Source: Chiloscyllium plagiosum (lineage: Eukaryota). From it: DNA of 64,000 bases. The DNA is taken from the NCBI RefSeq assembly GCF_004010195.1, contig NC_057718.1, positions 47,108,116-47,172,115 of the forward strand. The letters are read 5' to 3'. Position numbers and translations under genes: made by a program. Shown piece by piece: positions 10,403-22,898 of the stretch. How positions within the stretch are numbered: position 1 is the first letter of the stretch; every line of letters starts with the position of its first letter. The notes beneath the pieces were generated by a model. The model worked only from the letters and a program-made list of their open reading frames with translations, ran no database searches and was not told the origin of the DNA.

Positions 10403-13400
10403 TATAATAGACAGTTATTCCCTGTCTATTTACTGTCCGACATCTGATCACAAAATCTAGGGCATTGTGGTGTTTTTGGAAATGAGGAATGCAGGTAGGA
10501 AGGGTCACCACACAGGAAGCAGGAAGGAGAACAAGAAGAGTGCATGCTCGGAGGCTGAAGGGTTGAAAGGTGGCGGTGCACTGGAAAGAAGTAAGTATTG
10601 GGGATATTTTTTAGACTGATCTGTCCCTGCTCCCATTATCTTGATTCAAAACCTGACTGGATCCCTGGTCAGTCTTGCCATTCATAAAATAAAACATAAA
10701 TGAAAGATCTCTCGGAAAAATATTTTTGAGGAAAAGAATGGAACCATAGTTTAAAAAAAACATAATCATAAAAGAGGAAACAGGAGAGTAAAAAGCAGGT
10801 GTTTGAACCTTTTATCCTCCACTGTGTAAAGAGAAATCTATTTACATAGCAGTGTTGCTGCATTGCAACAGAACACAGCAAAGAACATTATGTCCTTAAG
10901 GGAAAATTAGATTTCTGTGAAGAGAGCAGAACTGTGATTGATCTTGGATTGCTCCAGAAAAAAGCTGATGCAGACATGATCGGTTCAATGGCCTATTTCT
11001 GTACTGTGAACATCATTGTTTCTAAAATGACAAAGAAAGAGTGAGGGGGAGTCAATGAAGGGAGATAGTTGAGAACAGATCATAAAGAGATACTTGCCAA
11101 CTTACTGTGGACAATTCATCAGGAATCAACAAGTTACATGTATCAATGTACTTAAAATATTTCACGATAAATTCATTTTAACTCCTAGTCTCTTTATTCA
11201 TAAATGTTCAGAACTATGTAAAATGTTAGAATGCGGTTTTGATATATTTTAATTAAATTAATTTTATTTATGTTTCGTATAATTCTGGATCACTCTTGCG
11301 TTCATTTCTTTTGAAACAATATCTTTTTCGTAAAATTAAAAGAAATAAATACATAATCCTAAAGTTTAACTTGAAAATACTAATTCTGTCACAATTTATT
11401 TGTCCATTTGTTTTAGAGTGAGAACTTCATTGCAAAGCCACTATTTATTATCAATCCCTATTTTTCTGTCCTGAGGTGTTCCTTCCCTTTCTCTTCAACC
11501 ATGTAGTCCATGGATTGTAAGTGTTCTCACAATACCATTAGAAAGTGAGATCCAGGGAGATCCAAGATGGCGACGATCTACCAGGTCTACCTTGCTGAGC
11601 TCTGCACCATAACTCAGGCGAAGTGGTGCTTTTACCCTCCCCAACTAAACTATTTTGAAGAAAATCAGTAGTTTAATACTAGGGGAGTTGCTACATACCT
11701 TTTTTTTAAGTAGGGGAAGATGACTAGAGGCAAAGGACAGAATAAATCACAACATACAGGACATTCCCCTGCAGCGTCGGACACACCCATGGCCGCAACT
11801 GCAGCCTCCCCAGAATTCCTGATGGACTCACCTACTCAAGAAGGCCTGGCTGCGGAGTTTATGAAACTCCGGGAGAAGAGCAAGACATCGATTGAAGACA
11901 GTCGGGCCAAGCTGCAACTGATCTCGGCCGTGCTGCAGAAGCATGAGCAGGATGTGCAGAGTCTCGGGAAGCAAGTGGAGGAGGTCAAGCAGTGGACAGC
12001 GACGTCAGAGGCCGTGGTCGAGTCCTCGGCGGGACATATCCAGCCCTGGCCTTAGTAGAATCAACAGAGTTCACTGGGTTGTGATGCGCAGGCCCAGTTC
12101 AGACCAGCGCCCCCACCCGGTCCTAGTGCGATTCCAGACCTATAGGGACAAACATAAGACATTGGACGCCTCCAGATTGCTGGGAAAGGATCCACATGCC
12201 CTGGTTTACAAAGGATCAAAGATTATGTTTTTTCAGGTCTTTTTGCGGCCGTGATCCTGTAAGAGTAAGTCTTTTGATGAGGTGAAGGAGAGACAGAGGA
12301 ATCTGGATATTCAGTATTCCATCAGGTACCCGATAGCGCTCTGTTTTAATCATGAACAGTCCATGCCTGTATTTGATTCTTCAGAAAAAGTTAAGAACTT
12401 TTTAGATACTTTGAAATAGACGGGATATTTCAAAGAACGTGGGACAATAATGGTTCTCCTTTCTTTTCCGTTTTTTTATTCTCTACCTCGTGTACTTCTC
12501 CTTTGTCTTTATTATTCTATTGCAGAAAGTGTTTTTTTTTACAGTGATAATTGAAGTCAACATAGGGTGTGGATGAGCGAAGTGCCCACTTTTAATTTCC
12601 TTGTCCATATTGGCCTATTTTTGTTGTTTATCCTTCGCCTGAGTTTGGGGTGCGGCTCAAGCTAGAAGGAGTTAAGGAGGTGTATGCAGGTAGTCTAAAT
12701 GCCCCCTGTAGGCAGTGGGGGAAGAGTCTCCCATCGAATGGTTTTTGTATGTTGTAATTGGTTTAGTTTGTTGGTTTTTAGTAGAGATAATTTTTGAAAG
12801 TTTTGTTAATGTAGTTTTTGTGTGTGTATTTTTTAGACTCTATGAGTCTTCATTTATTTATACAGAGCTTTGTGAGTCGGGTTCTTCCTCTCAGGGGTTC
12901 AAGAGTTGTTATGGAGGGATATGGCTAAGTGTCTCCTCAAATTGTGCACCTGGGATATTAAAGGGAGTCACTCATTGGTCAAGAGGAAAAAAGTACTTTT
13001 GAATCTCAGGAAGGAGAGGTTGATATTGCCCTGTTGCAACCCAGCTTGATGATAAGGAGCACCTAAAGTTACAGCAAGGTGGATTTGAGCAGGTGTTTTT
13101 ATCATCCATTAACACTAAGAACAGGGGAATGGCCATACTGATCCAGAAGAGTCTCCCATTTAAGTTATTAGATCAAATTAAAGATGAATATGGGCAGTTT
13201 GTAATTCTTAAAGCTTTAATACATGAAGGGTATGGCATCCTAAATGTCTACTGTCCCCAGACACACCCCCTCAGATTTCTGACTGATGCACTTTCTAAGT
13301 TGATTGCCCTTGGAACGTGACACACTATCATAGGGAGAGATTTTAATCACCTCATTGACCCCACAATGGACAGAATGCCCAAAGGTCTCCCAAATACCTC

Positions 13401-14596
13401 TCCATAATCCAAGTAATTGATTTATTTATGTGTGGAATTGGGGCTGGTGGACGTTTGGAGATGTCTCCACCCTACGGGTAGGGACTTCCCCTTTTTCTCT
13501 AATCCATACAAGCGTCACACCAGGATTGACCTTTTTCTAGCACCCTTGGTTTTCTGGATTTGGTGGTCCTGTACAATTGGAAACATAGCCATTTCTGATC
13601 ATGCAATAGTGTATTAGGTTGAGATTAAGGGCAACAGAACAGGTTTCTGGCATTGGCAAATGGATCCTTTTATTCTCAAGGACAATAAGTTTGTTGAATA
13701 CTTCTCGAGTGAGCTTAAAGCATCCTTTATCAATTCAGGTACGGCTAGTAACCCGCCTATACTCTGGGAGACTGCTAAGGCCGACACGAAGGGGATAGTT
13801 ATCTATTATTCAGCTAATCAGATGTGTCACAAAGCTTGTCCCTTTTGTTCCTAAAAGCTGGACCTTACCTCAAGGAGACTCTGTCCTTGATTTTTTTCAG
13901 AGGGGCAATAAACTGGGCCAAGATCCAATCAGTCTGATTTGGTGCAGAGATAAAGGGGTTTTGAAAGGCCTTTTGTTTATATGTAAACAGACGAGACTTC
14001 AGGCCAAAGTGGTAATGTTTTAGAAGTGACCGGTATAAAGAAAGGAGAGTGGTCAGCTCTCTAGTGAGCTGAGCAGTTTTAGTTCAGTCTTAATCTGGTG
14101 AGAAGTTCAATAGGGAGCTGTGTGGAAACTCATTCTCTCTTTCTGCCCTTCAACTTCAACCTGTAAGCATGTGTTCCATTTGTACTGATTTTTAAAGAGA
14201 GTTTGTTTATTGGGACTGTTGTGTATATTCGGAACAGCATAATTAAGTCCAGTTGGATAGGCTGAGTTCTATAGGGGTTCTTCATTGTGTTCTTTGTGTT
14301 TCATTGTGTAATTTTGTGAATAAATTGTTGTCTGTTTCTAACCTGGTAGTCAACCTAGCTATCTTACTCTGGGTAACTTTCACTGTACACTTACCGAAAC
14401 AAATTACAAAGTTATGGTTTGGGGCTGCCTGCTTAAGAATGTTTTGAGTGGTCTGGCTTGTCAAAAGTCATTTGACAGCCTAAAAAACTGTGTCATCTAC
14501 TGCCCCAGTATTAGCCACACCAGATTATATGAAGCCTTTCAAGGTGACTATCGATGCCAGTGATGTTGGTGTCAGTGTGGTGCTCCTACAGGACGA

Positions 14597-15705
14597 GAGA
14601 GTCATAGAGATGTACAGCATGGAAACAGACCCTTCGGTCCAACCCGTCCATGCCGACCAGATATCTCAACCCAATCTAGTCCCACCTGCCAGCACCCGGC
14701 CCATATCCCTCCAAACCCTTCTTATTCATATACCCATCCAAATGCCTCTTAAATGTTGCAATTGTACCAGCCTCCACCACATCCTCTGGCAGCTCATNNN
14801 NNNNNNNNNNNNNNNNNNNNNNNNNNNNNNNNNNNNNNNNNNNNNNNNNNNNNNNNNNNNNNNNNNNNNNNNNNNNNNNNNNNNNNNNNNNNNNNNNNNN
14901 NNNNNNNNNNNNNNNNNNNNNNNNNNNNNNNNNNNNNNNNNNNNNNNNNNNNNNNNNNNNNNNNNNNNNNNNNNNNNNNNNNNNNNNNNNNNNNNNNNNN
15001 NNNNNNNNNNNNNNNNNNNNNNNNNNNNNNNNNNNNNNNNNNNNNNNNNNNNNNNNNNNNNNNNNNNNNNNNNNNNNNNNNNNNNNNNNNNNNNNNNNNN
15101 NNTCCCCAAAATGCAGCACCTGGCATTTATCTGATTTAAACTCCATCTCCCACTTCTCAGCCCATTGGTCCATCTGGTCCAGATCCTGTTGTAATCTGAG
15201 GTAACCCTCTTCGCTGTCCACTACACCTCCAATTTTGGTGCCATCTGCAAACTTACTAACTGTACCTCTTATGCTCGCATCCAAATCATTTATGTAAATA
15301 ACAAAAAGTAGAGGACCCAGCACCAATCCTTGTGGCACTCCACTGGTCACAGGCCTCCAGTCTGAAAAACAACCCTCCACCACCACCCTCTGTCTTCTAC
15401 CTTTGAGCCAGTTCTGTATCCAAATGGCTAGTTCTCCCTGTACTCCAGGAGATCTAACCTTGATAATCAGTCTCCCATGGGGAACCTTGTCGAACGCCTT
15501 ACTGAATTCCATATGGATCACATCTACTACTCTGCCCTCATCAATCTTCTTTGTTACTTCTTCAAAAAACTCAATCAAGTTTGTGAAACATGATTTCCCA
15601 TGCACAAAGCCATGTTGACTATCCCGAATCAGTCCTTGCCTTTCCAAATACATGTATATCCTGTCCCTCAGGATTCCCTCTAACAACTTGCCTACCACCG
15701 AGGTC
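14597..15705 (-). mobile_element. Young 5'-truncated CR1/HER1 LINE inserted in the Gypsy RNase H region (contains an assembly gap)
   Basis: Open RT frame QHGFVHGKSC...SGVPQG...KFADGTK...KCQVLHFG, with the 3' tail at ~14597-14640. Confidence 0.92.
14798..15102. other. Assembly gap (305 N)
   Basis: Run of n. Confidence 1.
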
Positions 15706-18700
15706 GAGGAGGGAATAGAAAGACCCATCGGATATTTTTCCAGGATGTTGGATGTTCCAGAAATATTTAATGGTGAAGAAAGAGACTTTAAGTTTGGTGT
15801 GGGCATTACAACATTTCAATGTTTATATTACCAGCAATGCATCTGAGACAATCGTATACACTGATCAAAAAACATTGACATTTATGGCAAAACTGAAGGA
15901 CAAAAATGCCAGACTGTTCAGATGGGGCTTATTCTTGCAGCCATTCAATTTGACAATTGTTAATGTGGCAGGTCGTGAAAACGTGATTGCCGATGCATTA
16001 TTGAGTCTTGAATGAGGTACGGGGGGGCGTTTGGTGGCAGGTGTGCTGTGGCCTGAATTTGCATGAGGTTGTGCATGTTTGCATGTATTTGTTAGTAGAG
16101 TGTACATGTAGACTACTAACTGGGTTTAGAAGGGTTAAAAATGAAGCCGTCTTTTGGTATTGATGGTTCATTTCTTTTTAAAGGGGAGAGGTGTCACAAC
16201 GCTTGTCCCTTTTTTTCCTAAAAGCTGTTCCTTGCCTCAAGGAGACTCCGTCCTTGATTTTTTTCAGAGGGGCAATAAACTGGGCCAGGCTGAGATCAGA
16301 GCTGAAAATCTGAGATCAGTCAAGTTTGGTACAGGAATAAAAGGATTTTGAGAAGCCTTTTGTTTATATGTAAGAATGCTTAAGAATGTTTTGAGTGGTC
16401 TGGCTTAGTCCATAACAGTAGCGACAGAAGAGAGAGAGCAACATCTGCTCAAGGTACGATTAAAGGCAGCCGAGACAGCATATTTTGATAGACCATCAGT
16501 GACTAAATTCCAGCGAGTCGCAGCTCTCCGGGTTGCTTTGAACTCCGTGCTCACTCAGACAGCGAAGAGAGAACTCTGTTTTGCGAAACAAAGGCTGTTT
16601 GAGTACGGCGATAAGCCAGGCAAATACATGGCATATCTGGCTAGGAAAAAGAGTGCCCTTCAATTATCAATTAGAGAAGGCATTGGGATTCTTATGTGTG
16701 TCTCTAAAAGGATCAATGCGTCATTTCTGAGTTTTTACTCTGTGCTACATCAGTTGGAATGCTGTGAGGACAGGTGGGCTAAGATGGAGTCTTTTTATAA
16801 GAACCTGGATCTTCCAGGTTTGACCTTGGAACAGGCGTCTCTTCTTAATGCCTCCTTGACAGTGCAAGAGATACAGGAGGCAATGAGACAACTGTAAAGT
16901 GGGAAGGCGCCCAGCCCTGATGGTGTCCCAAGTGAATTCTACAAACAATTTACAAATTTCCTGTCAGGGCCGATGCTGGACATGTACAACTATTCCTACA
17001 GTCATGACTGAGTCCCGCCATCCCCTAGAGAGGATAACAGCTCTCTCATTCTCCAGGAGGGAAGACCCCAAAGGACTGTGCTTTGTAAAGGCCCATTGCA
17101 CTGTTAAATTCGGACTTTAAAATTTTATCCAAGATACTTGCATTGCAATTGGAGAACATGTTGCCCTATATTGTTAAGGAGGACCACACAGGTTTTATAA
17201 AGGGCTGTACATTCTCTAATAATAATAGAAGATTATTGAATATGGTCCAAGTGTGTCAGCAACAATCGGTCTAGGGTTTGGTGATCTCTTTAGACGCAGA
17301 GAAAAAATTTGACCGGGTGGAGTGGCCAAGTCTTTTTTATACTCTGGGATGGTTTGGTCTAGATGAGGTCTTTGTCAGATGAGTGGAAGTCCTGTATAGT
17401 GACCCTCTGGCTGCGATTCTCACCAATGGCATAAGATCCAATCATTTCAATATTGGTAGGGGCAATAGGCAAGGTTGTCCTTCTTCACCACTACTGTTTA
17501 CACGGTGATTGAGCCACTGGCACAGGCTATCCATAAGGACCCTAACATAGCTGCCTTGGCAATGGGATCAAGGGCACATAAGATTACGTTATATGTAGAT
17601 GATGTTCTCCTTATCAAACCTGGCAGTTTCTGTGCCACATTTAATACAATGTACTAATTTATTTGGCTCTTTTTTGGGATACGAGATCAATTTTGCAAAG
17701 TCAGAGGCTATGCTAGTGGGGGGTCTTAAGGGAATACCTAATACTGAAGGTGAATTATGATACCCCTTTAAATGGTTGCCCGGGGGGGAGGCGGGGGGGG
17801 GGGTCTCTTTACTTAGGTATTTTTGTTACTCCCACCTTTGATCAATTATTTAAGGCTAACCTTGTTCATTTGCTTGACAAGATTAGACAAGACCTTCAAA
17901 GATGGGAGGCCCTTTCAATCTCTTGCTTAGGTCGAATAGCCCTTCTCAAAATGAATGTCCTTCCTCGTCTGTTATATCCCATGTGAATGCTCCCTCTGAT
18001 GTTTCCCAGGCAAACATTGCGGAGACTCGCTGGTTGGCTTAGTTCTTTTATTTAATGTCTTGGTGTCACAGGTGGCCCCTCATTAAACTTGCCAAATTGC
18101 AGTTACCCCAAGGGTTGGGGGAGTAGACTTTCCGGATATTAAGAGATACCAACTAAGTTCCCTCTGTCCTTCGTGATTGACTGGGCTTGTGAGGACCCGA
18201 GATCAATATGGTTGGATATTGAGGCCTCCCAGACAAAGTGCCCCTTTACTCGTCTGTTGTTTATGGTCAAGATGAGGACAATTATGGAATACTGTCGGAA
18301 TCCAATCATTATTAATATGGTCAAAGCATGGACAGCAATGCGACAGAGTGAGGCAAGTTTATTTAAAACCTCCTTTCTTACCCCTACAGTTGGTACACTG
18401 GGATTCCGGCCAGGGCTGATGGACCCTGGATTCAAATGGTGGGCAACTCGGGGAGTCTCCTGTTTGGGAGACCTGTTTGAGGGGTAGGTCATGATGTCCT
18501 TCCACCAAGTGAGTCGCAACTATGGATTGCCCAGCAGAGATCTGTTTTGTTGCTTTCAGGTTAGGGAATTCATCCCAGAAAAGATTATGCTTTTGACTAA
18601 TCCCTATAGGTCTGACAGAGAGGAGAGTGCTTCATGCCACAAGCACTCTCTCGGTTAGTACTCTGTACCATCTACTGGGGGCAGTGCCTTGAATGACATT

Positions 18701-19702
18701 GAGCGACTTTGTTAGGTCTGGGAACAAGAGTTGGGAGTGGACATCATCTCAGAAACTTGGAAGAACATTTGGAAGAACGCGAGAAAGATCTCGATCTGTA
18801 ACAGAAAATACATCATGCAGTTGAAGGTTCTTTATAGGATTCATTTGGCCCCAGATCGTCTTGTGAAATTCAAAAAGGGAGTGTCTCCAATATGCCCGAA
18901 ATGCAAAATAAGCATAGGTACCCTCACTCATTGTTTGTGGTCATACCACAGGCTTCATAGATACTGAAGTGCTGTGGCAGGAGTAATAGAGAGGGTCTTG
19001 GGGACTGAAGTGAAGGTGGATCCGGTCTTTCTTCTCTTGGGCTTGCTGAATTTATCTTCCTTAGACGCACATAGGAAAAAGCTATTTCACATGCTCACTT
19101 ACTGTGCGAGGAAGACCATTTTGATGAGCTGGGTATCTGAGATCCCTCCAGGCCTGTTGGGACGGTGTAAGTTAATTATGGAACACATCCCTTTAGATTT
19201 CCTCACAAACATGGTGCATCATAAAATGGAACATATAAAAATAAGACATGGCAGCCCTTTGTGAATTACCTGGACGCAGACTTGTCTGCCATTTTAATTA
19301 GGGCATTTGTTTAGTCGTGATAATCAGGTTTAATGAGCCTTGTGCCCTGGGAGGATGAATCCTGAACAAATACAGGAGTACTAATTAATGCTCCCAAAGA
19401 TTGGGAGCTTTGGTGGGTTGCGCTGAGTGGGTTGCGCTGAGTGGCGTTATTTATTTATTTGTTGATTTGTAGTGAGTGTAGTTTTGATTTATTTTGTAGA
19501 GTAGGGTAGTAGTTAGTTCATTATAATTGTTGTTATAATTTTAAATTGTTATATTTTTGTACTTTTATAATTTTGTAAAGAAAAAATTTCTCAATAAAAA
19601 TATTTTTAAAAGGAGTGAGATCCAAGATTTTGACCTAAGAATGAAAGAAAGGCAATTTCCTTCACGCATTTTGAGTTTGGGAGGTATTATCAAAGAAGGT
19701 TA

Positions 19703-19865
19703 AGTTACAACATTTAAAAGACATTTGGACAGGTACATGAATAGGAAAGGATAGAGGGATCCAGGCCAAATGCAGGCAAATAGGACTAGTTTAGCTTGGC
19801 AAACTTGGTTGGCATGGACAGATTGGACCAAAAGGCCTATTTCCACATTGTATGACTCTATGACT
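19703..19865 (+). mobile_element. CR1 3' tail fragment
   Basis: acatttaaaagacatttggacagg...tatgactctatgact. Confidence 0.8.
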
Positions 19866-20152
19866 GTTGGTGAGTTGCTACCATGCTTCCTATCAATTGT
19901 ACACATAGTAGAAAAGGTGGCTTGAGGGTCTACATTTGTAGAAATGGTCCCCACCAAGCAGATTGTTTTGTCACAAATGGCATAGAGCATCTTGGCTGTT
20001 TTTTCACTTATAAATGTCTAGGCAAGTGAAGAGTAATAAATCATAGGTTAGATTTTACATGCACACAGAGGGTGTTTTCAGTGAGGTGCACATAAAATAG
20101 TCCCCCAAGCTCATCCCCATAATGTGAATATAGTGGGCAACTAATTTCAGCA

Positions 20153-20352
20153 AGGCAAAAGCAAGTACTGCAGATGCTGGAGATCAGAGTCAAGCTTAGC
20201 GTGGTACTGGAAAAGCACAGCAGGTCAGGCAGCATCCAGGGTGCAAGAAAATCAATGTTTCAGGCAAAAGCCCTTCATCGGGAATCAGCTTTGATTTTCC
20301 TGCTCCTCGGATGCTGCCTGACCTGCTGTGCTTTTCCAGCACCACTCTATTC
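20153..20352. mobile_element. Palindromic PLE derivative, family A
   Basis: Inverted arms gctggaaaagcacagcaggtcaggcagcatcc and ggatgctgcctgacctgctgtgcttttccagc. ATTTCAGCA repeated at both flanks. Decayed hammerhead remnant on the minus strand. Confidence 0.8.
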
Positions 20353-22546
20353 TTGGAACCTATTTCAGCAGTCCAACTACCATATGTGAATAAACAATTA
20401 ATGATCATTAGGCTTGTTGACAGTCTAATTAAAATGAATATACACTGCCCACACTATGTGGGCAGCCACACAGAATACCATGATAAGAGTTTATTGTCTC
20501 ATCAGTCTGAAAGCTCCTTCTCCTTGCCACCTATAGGTGCTCCCTTCATATGTGCTCAACAATCAATAGCCACTACACATTTGTTTTTATTAACCTTAAA
20601 TAAAACATTAAATACGTTATTAATAAAAGATTAATAGTAGGTACTTCTTTCAGGAGGTTCCCTACACACACTGAGGGTGCCCCTCAAAATGTAATTTCCC
20701 CTCTTCCTTCCATGGTGCATGCCCTTCAAAACTCCCCCCAAACCCAATCTCTTGCTCCTTTGCCTTGGTCAAGAATAATTTCTTGCTTAAATTATTGGGA
20801 TTTACCTTTCTGGTACAGTCAAAATTCTCTTCAAGCCTCTTTCTACAGTCTGAGCAGTGCCCATCACGAAGCCCCAGTCAATCTGGTAAGTCAGCAGTTC
20901 CCAAATGTGGGACTTATTTCCACGTCTACCACTAACCACTTCAGCCTGCAGCATGTAGTGGCAGTGGGGTGCAGAACAGGCTTCTCCATGTGTGTCAGCC
21001 TCCAGCTAGCATTTTTCTAGCAGACAACAGTGGTGGGTAAGCATTCTGCCTGTCCATCCTCCTCTCACCACCCTCTTCCTACATTCCTTTATACATCCAA
21101 TGTGTGCCTTGTAGGTATTGGAGAACATTGAAAACTCAAAGTGAATAACTTTAAACCTCAGTATGATACATTCTTGATTGACAGGGGAGACAAAAGGAGT
21201 AGGGGATGTACATGAAAATTAAGTTGAAGCCACAATCAGGTTAGCAATGATCTTACCAAATCTTGGAACAAGCTAGATGGGTTCCTAGTTTATATCTCCA
21301 GTAATCTGATCTGTTTGATCCTTTACCCCCCATCATCCCTTTCCACACACACATCTAAACCCACCTAAGTACTCCTCAATCCACTTTGAGGCATTCTGAG
21401 CTGGTCTGTGTGTTTCTTTGTTCTACTGTTGCAGTTGAAACTCACTGCATTTTACTGCTGTTCACTCAGTTTGCTGTGGTCAGAGTATAATTATATGGCA
21501 TTGAACAAGAGTTGAACATAAACCTCCAGTGTCTCTTTTCTGGTTTGATTGCTGGCCTGCCTACCATTTGGTCCTGATCTTATCATCTCAAATGTTTTAC
21601 AATGTGCCACTTGACATGACAGTCTTCCCTCGCTCAGTGCTTCACTATCTAACTGTTTCCTTTCCAATCTAATCCCAATGCTACATTGCATAGTGTTTTA
21701 GTATTTCTGCATTAGGAGGGAGTATTTTTGCCAACCTTGCAGGATTAACCTCAGGTTTCCAGGGATTGAAGATGATCCTCGATTAAACTGCAAGCAACTG
21801 GGGGAGAATCATCAGGACAATAAAACGTTCCTTTAATCTTTTAAGTTTTTTTTATTCGCCTTTCCTTTTTTGTTACATTGGAGATGGGATATAAGTGCTG
21901 GATGCCTCTTCCCAATTAATTCCCACTTGACCATGACAAAGTAGTGGGCCATTCAGTGAATGCTTTGAGTGGCTTATGGTAACAACATGAGTTGGGATGG
22001 GTAAGCAAGAGGTGACATGTTGAAACCTATATATAAGCTGGAAAATGGATGAGGACGTCATAGAATGTTTTTGAGTGAGTTACTAAATGCATTGTATTCT
22101 AGAATCAACCAGCATCAACAGGTTATGCTAGTTTCATTGTACAATGTGACTGGATTATTTAATAAATTTAGGGTAAAGGAATCCCTAGATGGTAACAACC
22201 ACGATATAATTGAATTTTGCATTCAGTTTGAAAGGGAGAAGTTTGGATCCAATACGGTATTTTAAACTCAAATAAGGGCGACGATGTGGGCATGGAAACT
22301 GAGCTAGCTGAAGTGAACTGAGCTAGGGGTTAGATCAGTAAGGAAGCAGATATCTGAGAGGATATTTCTGAATACACAGAACAAGTACATGTATATTACT
22401 AACATAAAGAAAAACTCTCAGGGGATGACCCACCATCCGTAGTTAACTGGAAAAAAAAGGATTAAAGTTAAGGTAAAACATTTAGTTGCTCAAAGGTGAG
22501 TGGTGGGTCAAATGAGTGAACAAAATATAAAGAATGTTAGACAATG

Positions 22547-22898
22547 GGGTAGTATTTTTGGCTCAGTCATTAGCACTGCTGCCTCATAGCGGCAGGGACC
22601 TAGGTTCGATTCCAGCCTTGGGTGACAGTCTGTGTGGAGTTTGCACATTCTGCCCATTTCTGCGTGGGTTTCCTCTGAGTGCTCTGCTTTCCTCCCACAA
22701 TCCAAAGATGTGAAGGATAGGTGAATTAGCCATGCTAAATTGCCCATAGTGTTCAGGGATGTTGAGGTTAGGTGCCTTAGTCAGGGTTAAATGTAGGATA
22801 ATAGGGTCGGGGAATGGGTCTGGGTGGGTTACTTTTCGGTGGGTCAGTGTGGACTTGTTGGGCCGAAAGGCCTGTTTCTACACTGTAGGGATTCTATA
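22547..22898 (+). mobile_element. HE1-type tRNA-derived V-SINE inserted in an old CR1 fragment (~22040-23030)
   Basis: A-box-like tggctcagtc, B-box ggttcgattcc, V-domain ggagtttgcacattct...gggtttcctc, CR1-like tail gggccgaaaggcctgttt. Confidence 0.85.

Larger units (their letters stand above)
13825..16417 (+). mobile_element. Internally deleted Ty3/Gypsy LTR retrotransposon (probably Gmr1-like) inserted in L1 ORF2
   Basis: 5' LTR 13825-~14460 and shortened 3' LTR 16192-16417 (TGTCAC...TAACA). Polypurine tract AAAGGGGAGAGG 16180-16191. RNase H motifs PFKVTIDASDVG, PIGYFS, YTD, NVIADAL. Flanks GATG/GTAG are at best an imperfect 4 bp TSD. Confidence 0.9.
11555..19613 (+). mobile_element. Near full-length decayed L1-clade LINE (ORF1 with internal deletion; ORF2 APE-RT-CCHC), split by a Gypsy insertion
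   Basis: 5' end with YY1-type CAAGATGGCG (11563-11572). ORF1 remnants 11720-12420 (RPHPVLVRFQTYRDK). APE remnants 12920-13620 (DVWR.LHP, TRID.F, ISDH). RT 16900-17700 (DAEK, LYVDD). CPKC...HCLW at ~18890-18945. AATAAA at ~19593. Flanking AGTGAGATCCA at 11544-11554 and 19614-19624. Many stops and frameshifts. Confidence 0.92.

Noticed and set aside
14490..15846. Long ORFs of 214 and 376 aa as host genes
   Set aside because: Chimeras of Gypsy RNase H, CR1 RT and an N gap created by nesting.
22547..22620. tRNA-like sequence with A and B boxes (also at 26760-26829, 39221-39290 and ~890-972)
   Set aside because: These are SINE heads, mostly continuing into SINE bodies and tails; no complete cloverleaf was recognised.
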